Positions 26,902 through 35,734 of a stretch of DNA of 64,000 nt are shown in pieces. Position 1 is the first letter of the stretch; each line of letters opens with the position of its first letter. The stretch comes from a phage, in NCBI GenBank assembly GCA_037574385.1, contig GCA_037574385.1_4529.1. One strand, given 5' to 3'. The notes below the pieces were generated by a model. It was not told the origin of the DNA and did not search any database. It saw only the letters and a list, made by a program, of their open reading frames with translations. Position numbers and translations under genes: made by a program.

Positions 26902-27801
26902 TTATTCCTCGATTACGACATCTTCGTATTTAGGTATATTATACGGTGAAGAAATTAAAGCATTAAAGTAGATGAACTCACCAAGACCTGGATGGAATAC
27001 TTCTTCAGGATTTTCGAAATATTGAATCTTCGGACGTCCTTTAAGAATTTGATAGTACTCAGTTTTAGTTGGTTTAAAAATTCGAATCAGCGCTTCTTCA
27101 GGGTACTTATTTCTGTCGAAGCTAATATTTGGATCTGTTATATAAAGCGGTTGGCCTAATTGAATTGCACATTCAACCACTTGTTCAAAACGATAGCACG
27201 GGTCACTAATTCGAAATGGATGAAAAATACCATCTAGATGAATAGGAGCCAAATCACCTACAAGACGCTGCATGATGGAAGGACGTATAACTTTCTGCGT
27301 TACGATAATCTTATTACCATCTGCACCTGCGTTAACCAGCACTTCCTTTTGACGTTCATTCAACACAGTAGTTTGAAGTGAACGATTAACCGACAACATA
27401 TCGGTTTTTAAGAATTCATCAATATAAAAGCGTGGTTTATTAGGGTCTGTAGTGATATTGAAATTGAATTCCACATCAAAAGCGCCATCATATCCAGTGA
27501 TATCTGTGATTAGAAAATCACAATCATAATAAGCAATTAATGAATCAACCACAAATTCATTTTCAGACCAGAAATATTTACGAGTGTTATACGCGTTATC
27601 TTTATACCATAATGGAACAAACTTAAATTCCGGGAAAAGACGTTCACATTCTTTAATATCAGATGCATTACGTGGATATGTAATCACATCACCCGGATTA
27701 GCACGGTGCAAATGAAGTTGGAAGTTGCCATCCTTAAGGATAGCATACTGTCCAGTTTCATAAGACCGCATACTCAAGATTGGTACGCGGAAAATAGCCA
27801 T
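26902..27801 (-). CDS. hypothetical protein (299 aa) at beta-glucosyltransferase locus; candidate DNA-modification enzyme
   Basis: Translationally coupled to gene 42; no similarity to recalled T4 beta-gt; function by synteny only. Confidence 0.55.
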   Translation of the reverse strand: MAIFRVPILSMRSYETGQYAILKDGNFQLHLHRANPGDVITYPRNASDIKECERLFPEFKFVPLWYKDNAYNTRKYFWSENEFVVDSLIAYYDCDFLITDITGYDGAFDVEFNFNITTDPNKPRFYIDEFLKTDMLSVNRSLQTTVLNERQKEVLVNAGADGNKIIVTQKVIRPSIMQRLVGDLAPIHLDGIFHPFRISDPCYRFEQVVECAIQLGQPLYITDPNISFDRNKYPEEALIRIFKPTKTEYYQILKGRPKIQYFENPEEVFHPGLGEFIYFNALISSPYNIPKYEDVVIEE

Positions 27802-28517
27802 TAGTCAAGGAATCCTTTAACATAATCAAAATCACGTTCAAACACATGGGCACTTACCATGGTATGAGTATAATCACCAACTTCTACACCGCATTCGTTA
27901 GCGATATAATGAAGTAATTTTCCTTGGAGATAAAAATCCAACTGCATAACAACAGCACAGTTCTGAGAACGCATATGGCAGTGCGTATAAAGCTTACCAT
28001 CACGAATATAATAAGTAACTGAGTCAGTACATGGATATTCAAGCGTTTCGTCTGAATCAAGCAAAGCCTGATCAGAACTTTCTAGAATTTGGAACACAAC
28101 TCTTCGGGAGTTAGGCTTCTCTTTAAGTTCTTTTAGAAGAGCTGGTAATTGGGCCGCAATGCGAGGACCATAGAAAGTGTTGAAGTTCGCCGGCAAAACA
28201 TCTGATTTTGGTTTAGAAATAAATTTAGCGACATTAGGATATGCCTTAAACGCTTCTTCTGCGTTGGTACCACCAGAAATCATAAACTTCCAGAAGTCTT
28301 CGGCATATTCATAAGAGATGCGGTTAATACGTGGGTCGGTCATTTTGAATGATGATGGAGTGTCAACAACTACTGTCATAGACCCAATTTCATTACAACG
28401 TCCAATACGAGAATCAGTTACGAATTCCGGGTTTTCTAAAATTTCACGATTGACTGCTTTAAATGCGGTTTGAAAATCTGCGGCTTTGATATATTTCATT
28501 GTGTTATGTTTTCCCAT
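27801..28517 (-). CDS. 42: deoxycytidylate 5-hydroxymethyltransferase (thymidylate synthase fold)
   Basis: 238 aa; RRVVFQI...YPCTDSVTYYIRDGKLYTHCHMRSQN parallels T4 gp42 catalytic region; position between uvsX and 43. Confidence 0.8.
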   Translation of the reverse strand: MGKHNTMKYIKAADFQTAFKAVNREILENPEFVTDSRIGRCNEIGSMTVVVDTPSSFKMTDPRINRISYEYAEDFWKFMISGGTNAEEAFKAYPNVAKFISKPKSDVLPANFNTFYGPRIAAQLPALLKELKEKPNSRRVVFQILESSDQALLDSDETLEYPCTDSVTYYIRDGKLYTHCHMRSQNCAVVMQLDFYLQGKLLHYIANECGVEVGDYTHTMVSAHVFERDFDYVKGFLD

Positions 28518-28536
28518 GTTTACCTCAATACAATTT

Positions 28537-28559
28537 ATTATATACTCAATTCGTAAAGC
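28537..28559 (-). promoter_or_regulatory. possible middle-type promoter for gene 42 (imperfect MotA box GCTTTA, 11-nt spacer, TATAAT)
   Basis: Minus strand AAGCTTTACGAATTGAGTATATAAT. Confidence 0.3.
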
Positions 28560-28799
28560 TTATTTGAATTTCTTGACAATGTTGATATAACGTAAAGCTT
28601 CAGCATCGATACTTCCAAGGACACTATGAAGAAATGCATCAGCGTAGTATTCCAATTGAATAGGTTCTTTAATCACTTTAGCCGCTTTGGTTTCAAACAG
28701 GCCCATCAGGGCCTTTTTAAGAATTTGTTCGTTGCTGTTAATTTTCGTAGTCAAAATCTCTTCATTAAGTTGGTGGTTAAAAGTTTTTCTAGAAATCAT
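28560..28799 (-). CDS. hypothetical protein (79 aa)
   Basis: ATGA-coupled to upstream gene. Confidence 0.45.
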   Translation of the reverse strand: MISRKTFNHQLNEEILTTKINSNEQILKKALMGLFETKAAKVIKEPIQLEYYADAFLHSVLGSIDAEALRYINIVKKFK

Positions 28800-29956
28800 T
28801 CCGGGTACCTCAAAGCGTCATCAGAGTTAGTTATATCAATAATAGATATAGAGTTTTCTGCTAACCCATTTTTAGATAATTGACGTTTATAATATCTTTC
28901 ACAATATGTACACGTTGACCCACAGATTTCATTAGCACAATCAAAATCAGGATGTCTGAACCACCTTTTTTCTAAAAAGCCATCTAACAAAGAGGTTTCA
29001 ATATTTACTGTATGTGAAAACTCAGTCTCATTTTCAAGAGTGAAAATAGTCTCTAAAGGCTTCCACAGTTCTAACAAATTACCTTCAAACTTTTCAGAAG
29101 CGTATGCTTCAAGAACTTTCAAAATGTAGTCTGTGCTACCTGTACGTCCTGAAACTTTGAATTGAGTGATACCAATATCATTATAAAGTTTCAAATCTTG
29201 AGGACGAACAAAACGAGTTCTCAACCAGTTAAATGGGTCTGTATCACGAGCTTTAATACAGTGCTGCATTGGATATCCATTTAAGGATTTAGCATCATCA
29301 GCTGTAACATCAGTACTATGGAAAATATAGCAAGAGTCACGATAGCTACAATGTGTTGTATACCCTTTACCAGCATTAGAACAGAACTCATTTACAAGAA
29401 CTTCAAATATTATATTGTTCTTATTGCAAAACTCTGCTGCACGCTTCAGGAAAGAAACTGAACGGTTCTTATGAATTCCACAGCAGACCTTTTTGATATT
29501 ATATTGGTCATGCAAGTATTTGATTTGAGTTACGGCATCGACATGTAGAATTGTTGAAACTTCAATCTCAATATCTTTATTGACTTCACGAACAATTTCC
29601 ATAACAACAGGGTTAGCGATAGTAATACGCCATACGCCTATTGACCAAAGATACTGAACATAATCCTGAATAGCTTTCTTCTTCCACTCAACTAGTTCTC
29701 TTTTTGAACCAGGATTTATCGTGTTGAGTGTATAGTTAAAGCAAATACCTAATTCGTTACAACGTTTAACGTAGTCTTCTAACATCTTTTTGTCAACGTC
29801 AGGAAGCCTAAAATCAGGTCTGGCTGCTACAAAAGCCATTTCTCTTGTAGAGCCATATACTTCGTTTATCAAGCTATTAGGATAGGTTTTATTGAGCTCT
29901 ACGATTTTATCAAGAAGAGCTAAATCAAAATTCGTTCCGATTTTAAAAGTATTCAT
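28796..29956 (-). CDS. Cys-rich putative Fe-S protein (386 aa), unknown function
   Basis: Track ORF (GTG) trimmed to first ATG; Cys cluster VCCG...EFC...EFCSNAGKGYTTHCSYRDSC and C-terminal CGSTCTYC (CX3CX2C). Confidence 0.55.
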   Translation of the reverse strand: MNTFKIGTNFDLALLDKIVELNKTYPNSLINEVYGSTREMAFVAARPDFRLPDVDKKMLEDYVKRCNELGICFNYTLNTINPGSKRELVEWKKKAIQDYVQYLWSIGVWRITIANPVVMEIVREVNKDIEIEVSTILHVDAVTQIKYLHDQYNIKKVCCGIHKNRSVSFLKRAAEFCNKNNIIFEVLVNEFCSNAGKGYTTHCSYRDSCYIFHSTDVTADDAKSLNGYPMQHCIKARDTDPFNWLRTRFVRPQDLKLYNDIGITQFKVSGRTGSTDYILKVLEAYASEKFEGNLLELWKPLETIFTLENETEFSHTVNIETSLLDGFLEKRWFRHPDFDCANEICGSTCTYCERYYKRQLSKNGLAENSISIIDITNSDDALRYPE

Positions 29957-30012
29957 TTTTTTGCATCTCACGTTAATTGATGCGATGGTTTTTGCAGGTC
30001 TTACTTAAATTA

Positions 30013-30399
30013 TTATAGATTCGGTTTATATGATTTAAATGTTTCGAATTCGCCTTTATTCATAAGAGCTTTGAATTCGTCAGGACGCATAGCTTTGTCG
30101 TCGATAATCCAATCATATACTGGTTTATGTGTTAGCAAATTATGGTACTTCAAGCCAATGTTTGCCAAGTTCTGAATCAGACTTGGGAGAATGTCAATTG
30201 CTATACGTCCAGGACCTACTGACTTCATACCACGAGCAGTGTAAAGCGTTATGGTATGCCCTGCATCATACAGGGCATTAATGGCAGACACCATTTCGAC
30301 GTCTGGTTTGAAGTTCACGTAATCGCGATTGTTATTCCATTCTGTGATGCAATCATCGACATCAAAACAAAGATTAAGCATGTTTTCTACACGGTGCAT
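30013..30399 (-). CDS. HAD-superfamily phosphatase (small; start uncertain)
   Basis: N-terminal LCFDVDDCIT (HAD motif I-like), LYTARG, YDWIIDDKA; chosen ATG overlaps upstream stop (TAATG); alternative ATGs at 30414 and 30381. Confidence 0.55.
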   Translation of the reverse strand: MHRVENMLNLCFDVDDCITEWNNNRDYVNFKPDVEMVSAINALYDAGHTITLYTARGMKSVGPGRIAIDILPSLIQNLANIGLKYHNLLTHKPVYDWIIDDKAMRPDEFKALMNKGEFETFKSYKPNL

Positions 30400-32084
30400 T
30401 AGATTTGTTCCCATTGATGAGTGATATCGCCACCGATTGGACGATAAGAAACACCAGTTTCTTTATCAGTTAGTACCCATTTACCAGGATTTTTTGTAAT
30501 CAGAGTAGCCGTTACAGGTTCTGCTACGTCATAACTAATAGAGCCGTCTTGAAGTACACGGCCCATGTTACGTAATTGCTTAGTTAGAAGTTCCATACCT
30601 TTATAATATGCGGCTACCGCTTTAAGTGGATTATTCTTGAAATAACCACCTAATGCAATCCAGATAATTGCCACTGCCAAATGATGATACTCGTTAAACG
30701 AACTCATCTTTCCATATTTGTAAACTAATGGATTGATGTTAATAGTCACATTACAAGTTGTTTCATCAATAATAAACTGGCCCCAGGTCGGATTAGCGTT
30801 GAATTCATCATAACCTGAAACAGCATAAAGCACTTTAGCTTCATCATACAATTTTGGCCCGTAAATCTTGGTTTCACCAAAATATCCACGAGGGTCGATA
30901 AACTTGACTTCGCCGTTATCAGTAATCATAGTATTACTGAAGTTCGGGTCACCGTGAATAACAGAGTACTGTCCCTGAGAACGGTTATGATAACGAATAA
31001 GGTGTTCTAAAGCTTGTTTCAGCATTGGCTTCAGACGTCCAATCTTAGTGTAGTTCACGTGTGTGATTTTACCAAATGAATCAATCAATGGCTGAATGCT
31101 TTCACAACGATCAATAACTTTCGTATAGAACTCTTTAGTGAAATCACGACGAACAGTTTCAGGACTTACAAAATAAATGTCTGTGTTAAATTTCAGTGCA
31201 TCTAAAATTGCATCAATAATTTGTGGACGAGCAAGACTTGATTTGGATTTAATATATTCAAATGCTGGCTTACCTTTAATGCGTTCCATTTCAAAGTTAT
31301 TTTCATTAACAGAAACTAACTGAGGAACTGAATCTGATTTCACTTTCAAATACCATGAAATCTCATCTTTTTGAAGAGCTCGACCTTGTTCAGTTAATGC
31401 GAATTTAGTTACAGTTTCTTCACCAATTTCAACCGCATTAAAACTACGATTAAGTTCACGAACTTCATGAGCTTTTTCAAGTTTAGGCATATCACCAAGG
31501 TCGATGATATTCATAAGCTCTGATTTATTGAATGCGCCGCTGTAAAGGAATTCTACAAAATCACGTCCTTTGCAGTATTCGTGAATTTCCTCATCAGTAG
31601 AACCCATGTAGAATTCCCAGTCTTTGAACTGATAAATTCCTACAACATTACCGCCTGTTGCACCTACATTAGTGATATTTTCACCATCGAAATTATATCG
31701 ACATTCATCACCTTTAACATAGATTGCGTTAACATTCCAAGACCATGAACCAAAATCAGGAATAATATCACACCAGTTAACAACTACGTTATGGCCGTCT
31801 AAATCTTTGTGTAATTTAGCAAGAGCATAAGCAGAACCATACGCTTCATCAACTGTACGAATAGTCACATTGAACCCTTCTTGCTCACAATAAGCTCGAA
31901 CAGTTTCAGCAAATTTTGAATGAACTACTACAATAATTTCATCTGCGCCAAGGTCAGAATAAATTGTATACAAATTGCTCAGAATAGTGTCTTGTTTATA
32001 GTTCACAAGAACTTTTGGAATATGGTGAGTAATTGGATATAAACGAGTTGCCAATCCAGCACCAAGAATAACAGCTTTTTTCAT
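30399..32084 (-). CDS. bifunctional sugar-1-phosphate nucleotidyltransferase / APH-type sugar kinase
   Basis: 561 aa; N-terminus ILGAGLATRLYPIT (RmlA/GlmU-type G-x-G-T-R-L-x-P-x-T); C-terminal VIHGDPNFSNTMI and IDPRGYFG (APH/choline-kinase catalytic loop). Confidence 0.7.
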   Translation of the reverse strand: MKKAVILGAGLATRLYPITHHIPKVLVNYKQDTILSNLYTIYSDLGADEIIVVVHSKFAETVRAYCEQEGFNVTIRTVDEAYGSAYALAKLHKDLDGHNVVVNWCDIIPDFGSWSWNVNAIYVKGDECRYNFDGENITNVGATGGNVVGIYQFKDWEFYMGSTDEEIHEYCKGRDFVEFLYSGAFNKSELMNIIDLGDMPKLEKAHEVRELNRSFNAVEIGEETVTKFALTEQGRALQKDEISWYLKVKSDSVPQLVSVNENNFEMERIKGKPAFEYIKSKSSLARPQIIDAILDALKFNTDIYFVSPETVRRDFTKEFYTKVIDRCESIQPLIDSFGKITHVNYTKIGRLKPMLKQALEHLIRYHNRSQGQYSVIHGDPNFSNTMITDNGEVKFIDPRGYFGETKIYGPKLYDEAKVLYAVSGYDEFNANPTWGQFIIDETTCNVTININPLVYKYGKMSSFNEYHHLAVAIIWIALGGYFKNNPLKAVAAYYKGMELLTKQLRNMGRVLQDGSISYDVAEPVTATLITKNPGKWVLTDKETGVSYRPIGGDITHQWEQI

Positions 32085-32112
32085 GTTGAAGTCCTCATTG
32101 GTAAGTAGGTGT

Positions 32113-32139
32113 ATTGTACACTATTCTAGTTAAAGCATT
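32113..32139 (-). promoter_or_regulatory. middle-type promoter (MotA box ATGCTTTA, 12-nt spacer, TACAAT) upstream of the nucleotidyltransferase/kinase gene
   Basis: Minus strand ATGCTTTAACTAGAATAGTGTACAAT, 25-30 nt upstream of ATG at 32084. Confidence 0.4.
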
Positions 32140-32269
32140 CATACTTTGCCTGTAGACCAATCATAATCCATCCAATTACAAGTGTTGGAATCATTACTGG
32201 AGCCGTTAAGCTCCAGTAGATAGTCATGACAAGCATCAATAGTAAAAGTCCTATTGTTATTGCTTTCAT
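32126..32269 (-). CDS. small hydrophobic peptide (47 aa)
   Basis: Not in track; ATG overlaps the stop of the SIS gene (ATGA); predicted membrane helices. Confidence 0.35.
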   Translation of the reverse strand: MKAITIGLLLLMLVMTIYWSLTAPVMIPTLVIGWIMIGLQAKYECFN

Positions 32270-32901
32270 TGTTCGCCTCGTAACATGGCACCTAGTGCAC
32301 CGCCAGGGTGGAACTTAAGGAAATCATTAGAGGTAAATCCGCGTTCAGACGAAAGGTTGATAGCGAACGTATCGATAAGCGCTAACAACAATGTAGTGGA
32401 CATAGTCGGAGCTAAAGAGTTCTCGTCAACTTCTACCGCGATACCGGTACAGAATGTATAATCAAAAAGAGCTTCGTATTCTTGTGGAATGTCAGGGTTA
32501 CAATGTAACAGAATCTGTTTAACCTGAGGACGAATCATACGAAGATGTTTAGCAACACCTATCATTTCTTCAGTCTTACCAGAACGACTGATGTGAACTA
32601 ATACATCATTAGGTGCAATGAATCCTGCATCACCGTGAGAATAATGCCCAGTGTTCAAATACATGCTAGGAATACCTAGTGAAGCAAAAGTCTCGGAAGC
32701 TTTAGTTGCGATATTAGCGTTCTTACCAACACCTGTAATAATTACACGACTTTCATAATTACTCAGTCCTGGGCGTCGAAGAGTTTCTAGAATAGCATTA
32801 TAACGAGCAGGGTTTTGACTAATTACTTTGGCCATAGCGGCCAAAGAAGAAGCTTGTTTTATGATTGCGTCAATAGCGATAGTGATTGGTGTAGTTTTCA
32901 T
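32266..32901 (-). CDS. SIS-domain sugar-phosphate isomerase (KdsD/GutQ-like arabinose-5-phosphate isomerase, no CBS domains)
   Basis: 211 aa; ITGVGKNANIATKASETFASLGIPS, ISRSGKTEE, LAPTMSTT, FHPGGALG match KdsD SIS-domain motifs. Confidence 0.7.
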   Translation of the reverse strand: MKTTPITIAIDAIIKQASSLAAMAKVISQNPARYNAILETLRRPGLSNYESRVIITGVGKNANIATKASETFASLGIPSMYLNTGHYSHGDAGFIAPNDVLVHISRSGKTEEMIGVAKHLRMIRPQVKQILLHCNPDIPQEYEALFDYTFCTGIAVEVDENSLAPTMSTTLLLALIDTFAINLSSERGFTSNDFLKFHPGGALGAMLRGEQ

Positions 32902-32941
32902 ATTTCTCTCATTTAATTAGTTTACCGTCCTTGGCATTATA

Positions 32942-35653
32942 TCAAAAATCGAACATATCGAACAGAGATGCTTTCTTCTCGTAATCGAGTTTCGCTGCTG
33001 ATGTGAATCCTTCAAGTGGTTTAATAAATGTCTTCTCAAGGAGAACCGTGTAGTCCATCCAATGAAGTACGTCGTCTTTAATTAAATCTGTGATTTCAGT
33101 ACCAGAAGGCCATGCGATACATTTATCACCGAATGGGTTTCCTTCACGTAAAGGCAGAACATATACTTTTTCACCTTCTACAACTTGTGGTGCATCAATA
33201 TTACCTTTGATAGCCCGGTTATACGTTAGAATTCCACGAATATGGAACGGGCATTTGGGACCCGGGAATCCACCTACATCATATTTAGCAATGTTATTCG
33301 CAGAAGATACCGACGCGATGCTAATATAATTCAATTGACGGAATTCTTTTTCAAACTCTTTAAAATACTCTTGTAATGATTCTTCACCTTCCTGAAGCAT
33401 ACGACGAATACATTCCTTAAGAGCTTTCTGTACCGCTTTAGGAGTTGAAGATTTCTGTGTTTCGAGACCCATGATTTTGAGTTTAGGCTTAGCGTAACGA
33501 GTACCTTCCATATCCCACACGTTTAATGCATAACGTTTCTTACCAGTCCAAAATCCGCCAATACCTTTAGAACCGAGCGGAGGACCAGCGATAGCTTCTC
33601 GGTCCATGAACATCAAATGTTGCTTATTATTCATGTATTCGCACATTTCACGGAAACCTCTATCAATAGCAGGTTCCATACGTTCACGAGCGAACTTATC
33701 TAAGAAGTCTACCCAATGGTTGGTATCACGGAATTTAGATTCACCAACCTTATCAATAATTTTATCTGCAGATACATAAATGGAGTCTGTATCACCGTAT
33801 AGAACGAAAGCTTCACCTTCTGTACCACAAACTTCGTTCAGATATTCATTAACTTTACGTTCAATCCACTGTAAAGCCATTTGCCCGAATGTTGTGATTG
33901 CAGTAGCATTACGCAAATCATAATAACGGAACCAAACGTTGCCAAGTGCACCATAAAGTGAGTTGATAAGCAATTTACGGTTAATCTGTGCAGTCATACC
34001 TGCAACTTCAGTACGTTGAGCTCTAAACAACATTTCATTAAGAGATTTAGCAGACAACTTTTTAATCTTTTCTTTAATCTCGTCAGTGAAGTCGAAACGA
34101 TAATCAACATCTAATGGTTCGTCAACAGAAAGATTAGGATTATGCAATGCCTCTTTAATTATTTCACCATTACGTTGAGCTGCAAGCATGTAACCTTTAT
34201 GTTCTTTACGCTGATTAAAGACCTTAGTGATTTCAGTTGGAACTACACCATCACGGTCTTTATAATACATCATGCCATTAGGAGAGCAACTGTACACATC
34301 TGAAGGACGTTCAGCAACAGCGTTAATATAATCATGTAATGGAGCTACTTTAAACGTTCCTGCTATTGTTTCTGGGCTAATATTCACTTGGCGAATAATA
34401 CTTGGATACAGAGATGTAAGGTCGAAACTCATTACATATTTGTATCGATTTGGAATAGGTTCCTTAACAAAAGCGCCTGGGTAAGGTTGAACCGGGTGAG
34501 AACGACCTTGTGGAATCACCTTGTTCTGCTCTTTAAGGCTATTAAAAATAATAGCATCCCATGTTTTAATTGGGCTAAACACAGATTGAATCTGTATCTT
34601 AGCATAATAACCCATGTCCAAACTCAAGTTGATGAACTGACGCTTAGCATCAATTTGCAATACACGATACACGTCGATAATGTTATAAGAAATATATCGT
34701 TGGTGATTGCTTTCACGAAGCTTAGAAATAGGGCCGTCATATTTCAGTTTACCAACGTTCAATTCAAATTCTGAAATGTAATCCAGAGAATACGACGGTT
34801 GATTGGTAAAAGAGAATTTTTTGTAAAGGTCAATGTAATCAAGAACAGAGATACCGAACAATGTAATGATTTCACGAGAACCATACATGTTTTCGATAAC
34901 TTTAACATGAGTTTTACGATGTGGTGATAAACGTTTCGCAGTAGATTCGCCAAAAATATTCTTGATTCGGTTATACACATATGGAATATCAAATGACTCA
35001 ACGTTCCATCCGGTTAAAATGACAGGAGTTTTCTGTTGCCAGAAGTTGAGATATTCCATCAACAATTCTTTTTCGTTATCGAACGGCATATAAATGATTT
35101 TATCAATAATTTCGGATGGAACTTCATCACCACCTTGTTCTTGAAGCTTAGCAGCGATTTCAATAGACCATTCTTCTACATTACCATATGGAGAATTCAA
35201 TAGATCAAATACGTAAAACCTGTCGTCAATTGAGTCATAATGAGTGATAGCATCAATCGGATGTTTTGCTTGTGACGGCTCAGGGAACCCATCCGGAGAT
35301 GTTACTTCGATGTCGAAGTTAGCCACACGAATTTTTGTATGGTCGTATTTGATTTCATAGTTATAAGTGTCAGACAAATACGCCAATTTGAAATCGTCCA
35401 TGCCAAGTGCTTCAAGTCCGATATCTTCCATGCGTTTAATCCATTGGGAGGCATCACGCATATTAGCGAACAACTTACGAGTACACGACTTACCGTAGAT
35501 ATCGAAATATTTCGTAGCCTGACTTTCTGGACAATGAGCAAACAGTGATGGTTTATATTCTACTTCACGAGTACGTTCACGGCCATTAGAATCGATGTAA
35601 CGTTCAAAAATTGAATCACCGATCTGTTCAACCGTTAAGTAAAATTCTTTCAT
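32942..35653 (-). CDS. 43: DNA polymerase (family B, gp43)
   Basis: 903 aa; exonuclease FDIEVTS and polymerase YGDTDS motifs; length and N-terminus match recalled RB69 gp43. Confidence 0.95.
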   Translation of the reverse strand: MKEFYLTVEQIGDSIFERYIDSNGRERTREVEYKPSLFAHCPESQATKYFDIYGKSCTRKLFANMRDASQWIKRMEDIGLEALGMDDFKLAYLSDTYNYEIKYDHTKIRVANFDIEVTSPDGFPEPSQAKHPIDAITHYDSIDDRFYVFDLLNSPYGNVEEWSIEIAAKLQEQGGDEVPSEIIDKIIYMPFDNEKELLMEYLNFWQQKTPVILTGWNVESFDIPYVYNRIKNIFGESTAKRLSPHRKTHVKVIENMYGSREIITLFGISVLDYIDLYKKFSFTNQPSYSLDYISEFELNVGKLKYDGPISKLRESNHQRYISYNIIDVYRVLQIDAKRQFINLSLDMGYYAKIQIQSVFSPIKTWDAIIFNSLKEQNKVIPQGRSHPVQPYPGAFVKEPIPNRYKYVMSFDLTSLYPSIIRQVNISPETIAGTFKVAPLHDYINAVAERPSDVYSCSPNGMMYYKDRDGVVPTEITKVFNQRKEHKGYMLAAQRNGEIIKEALHNPNLSVDEPLDVDYRFDFTDEIKEKIKKLSAKSLNEMLFRAQRTEVAGMTAQINRKLLINSLYGALGNVWFRYYDLRNATAITTFGQMALQWIERKVNEYLNEVCGTEGEAFVLYGDTDSIYVSADKIIDKVGESKFRDTNHWVDFLDKFARERMEPAIDRGFREMCEYMNNKQHLMFMDREAIAGPPLGSKGIGGFWTGKKRYALNVWDMEGTRYAKPKLKIMGLETQKSSTPKAVQKALKECIRRMLQEGEESLQEYFKEFEKEFRQLNYISIASVSSANNIAKYDVGGFPGPKCPFHIRGILTYNRAIKGNIDAPQVVEGEKVYVLPLREGNPFGDKCIAWPSGTEITDLIKDDVLHWMDYTVLLEKTFIKPLEGFTSAAKLDYEKKASLFDMFDF

Positions 35654-35712
35654 TTAATTTCCTTTAGACGAGTTATTGTCTTTTGTTTGTTGATGAACTT
35701 ATTATACTCCAA

Positions 35713-35730
35713 ATGGGACCGAAGTCCCAT
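35713..35730 (-). other. stem-loop in regA-43 intergenic region (candidate RNA operator/attenuator)
   Basis: ATGGGAC-TTCG-GTCCCAT perfect 7-bp stem just after regA stop and just upstream of a TATAAT element; no U-run. Confidence 0.4.
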
Positions 35731-35734
35731 TGCT

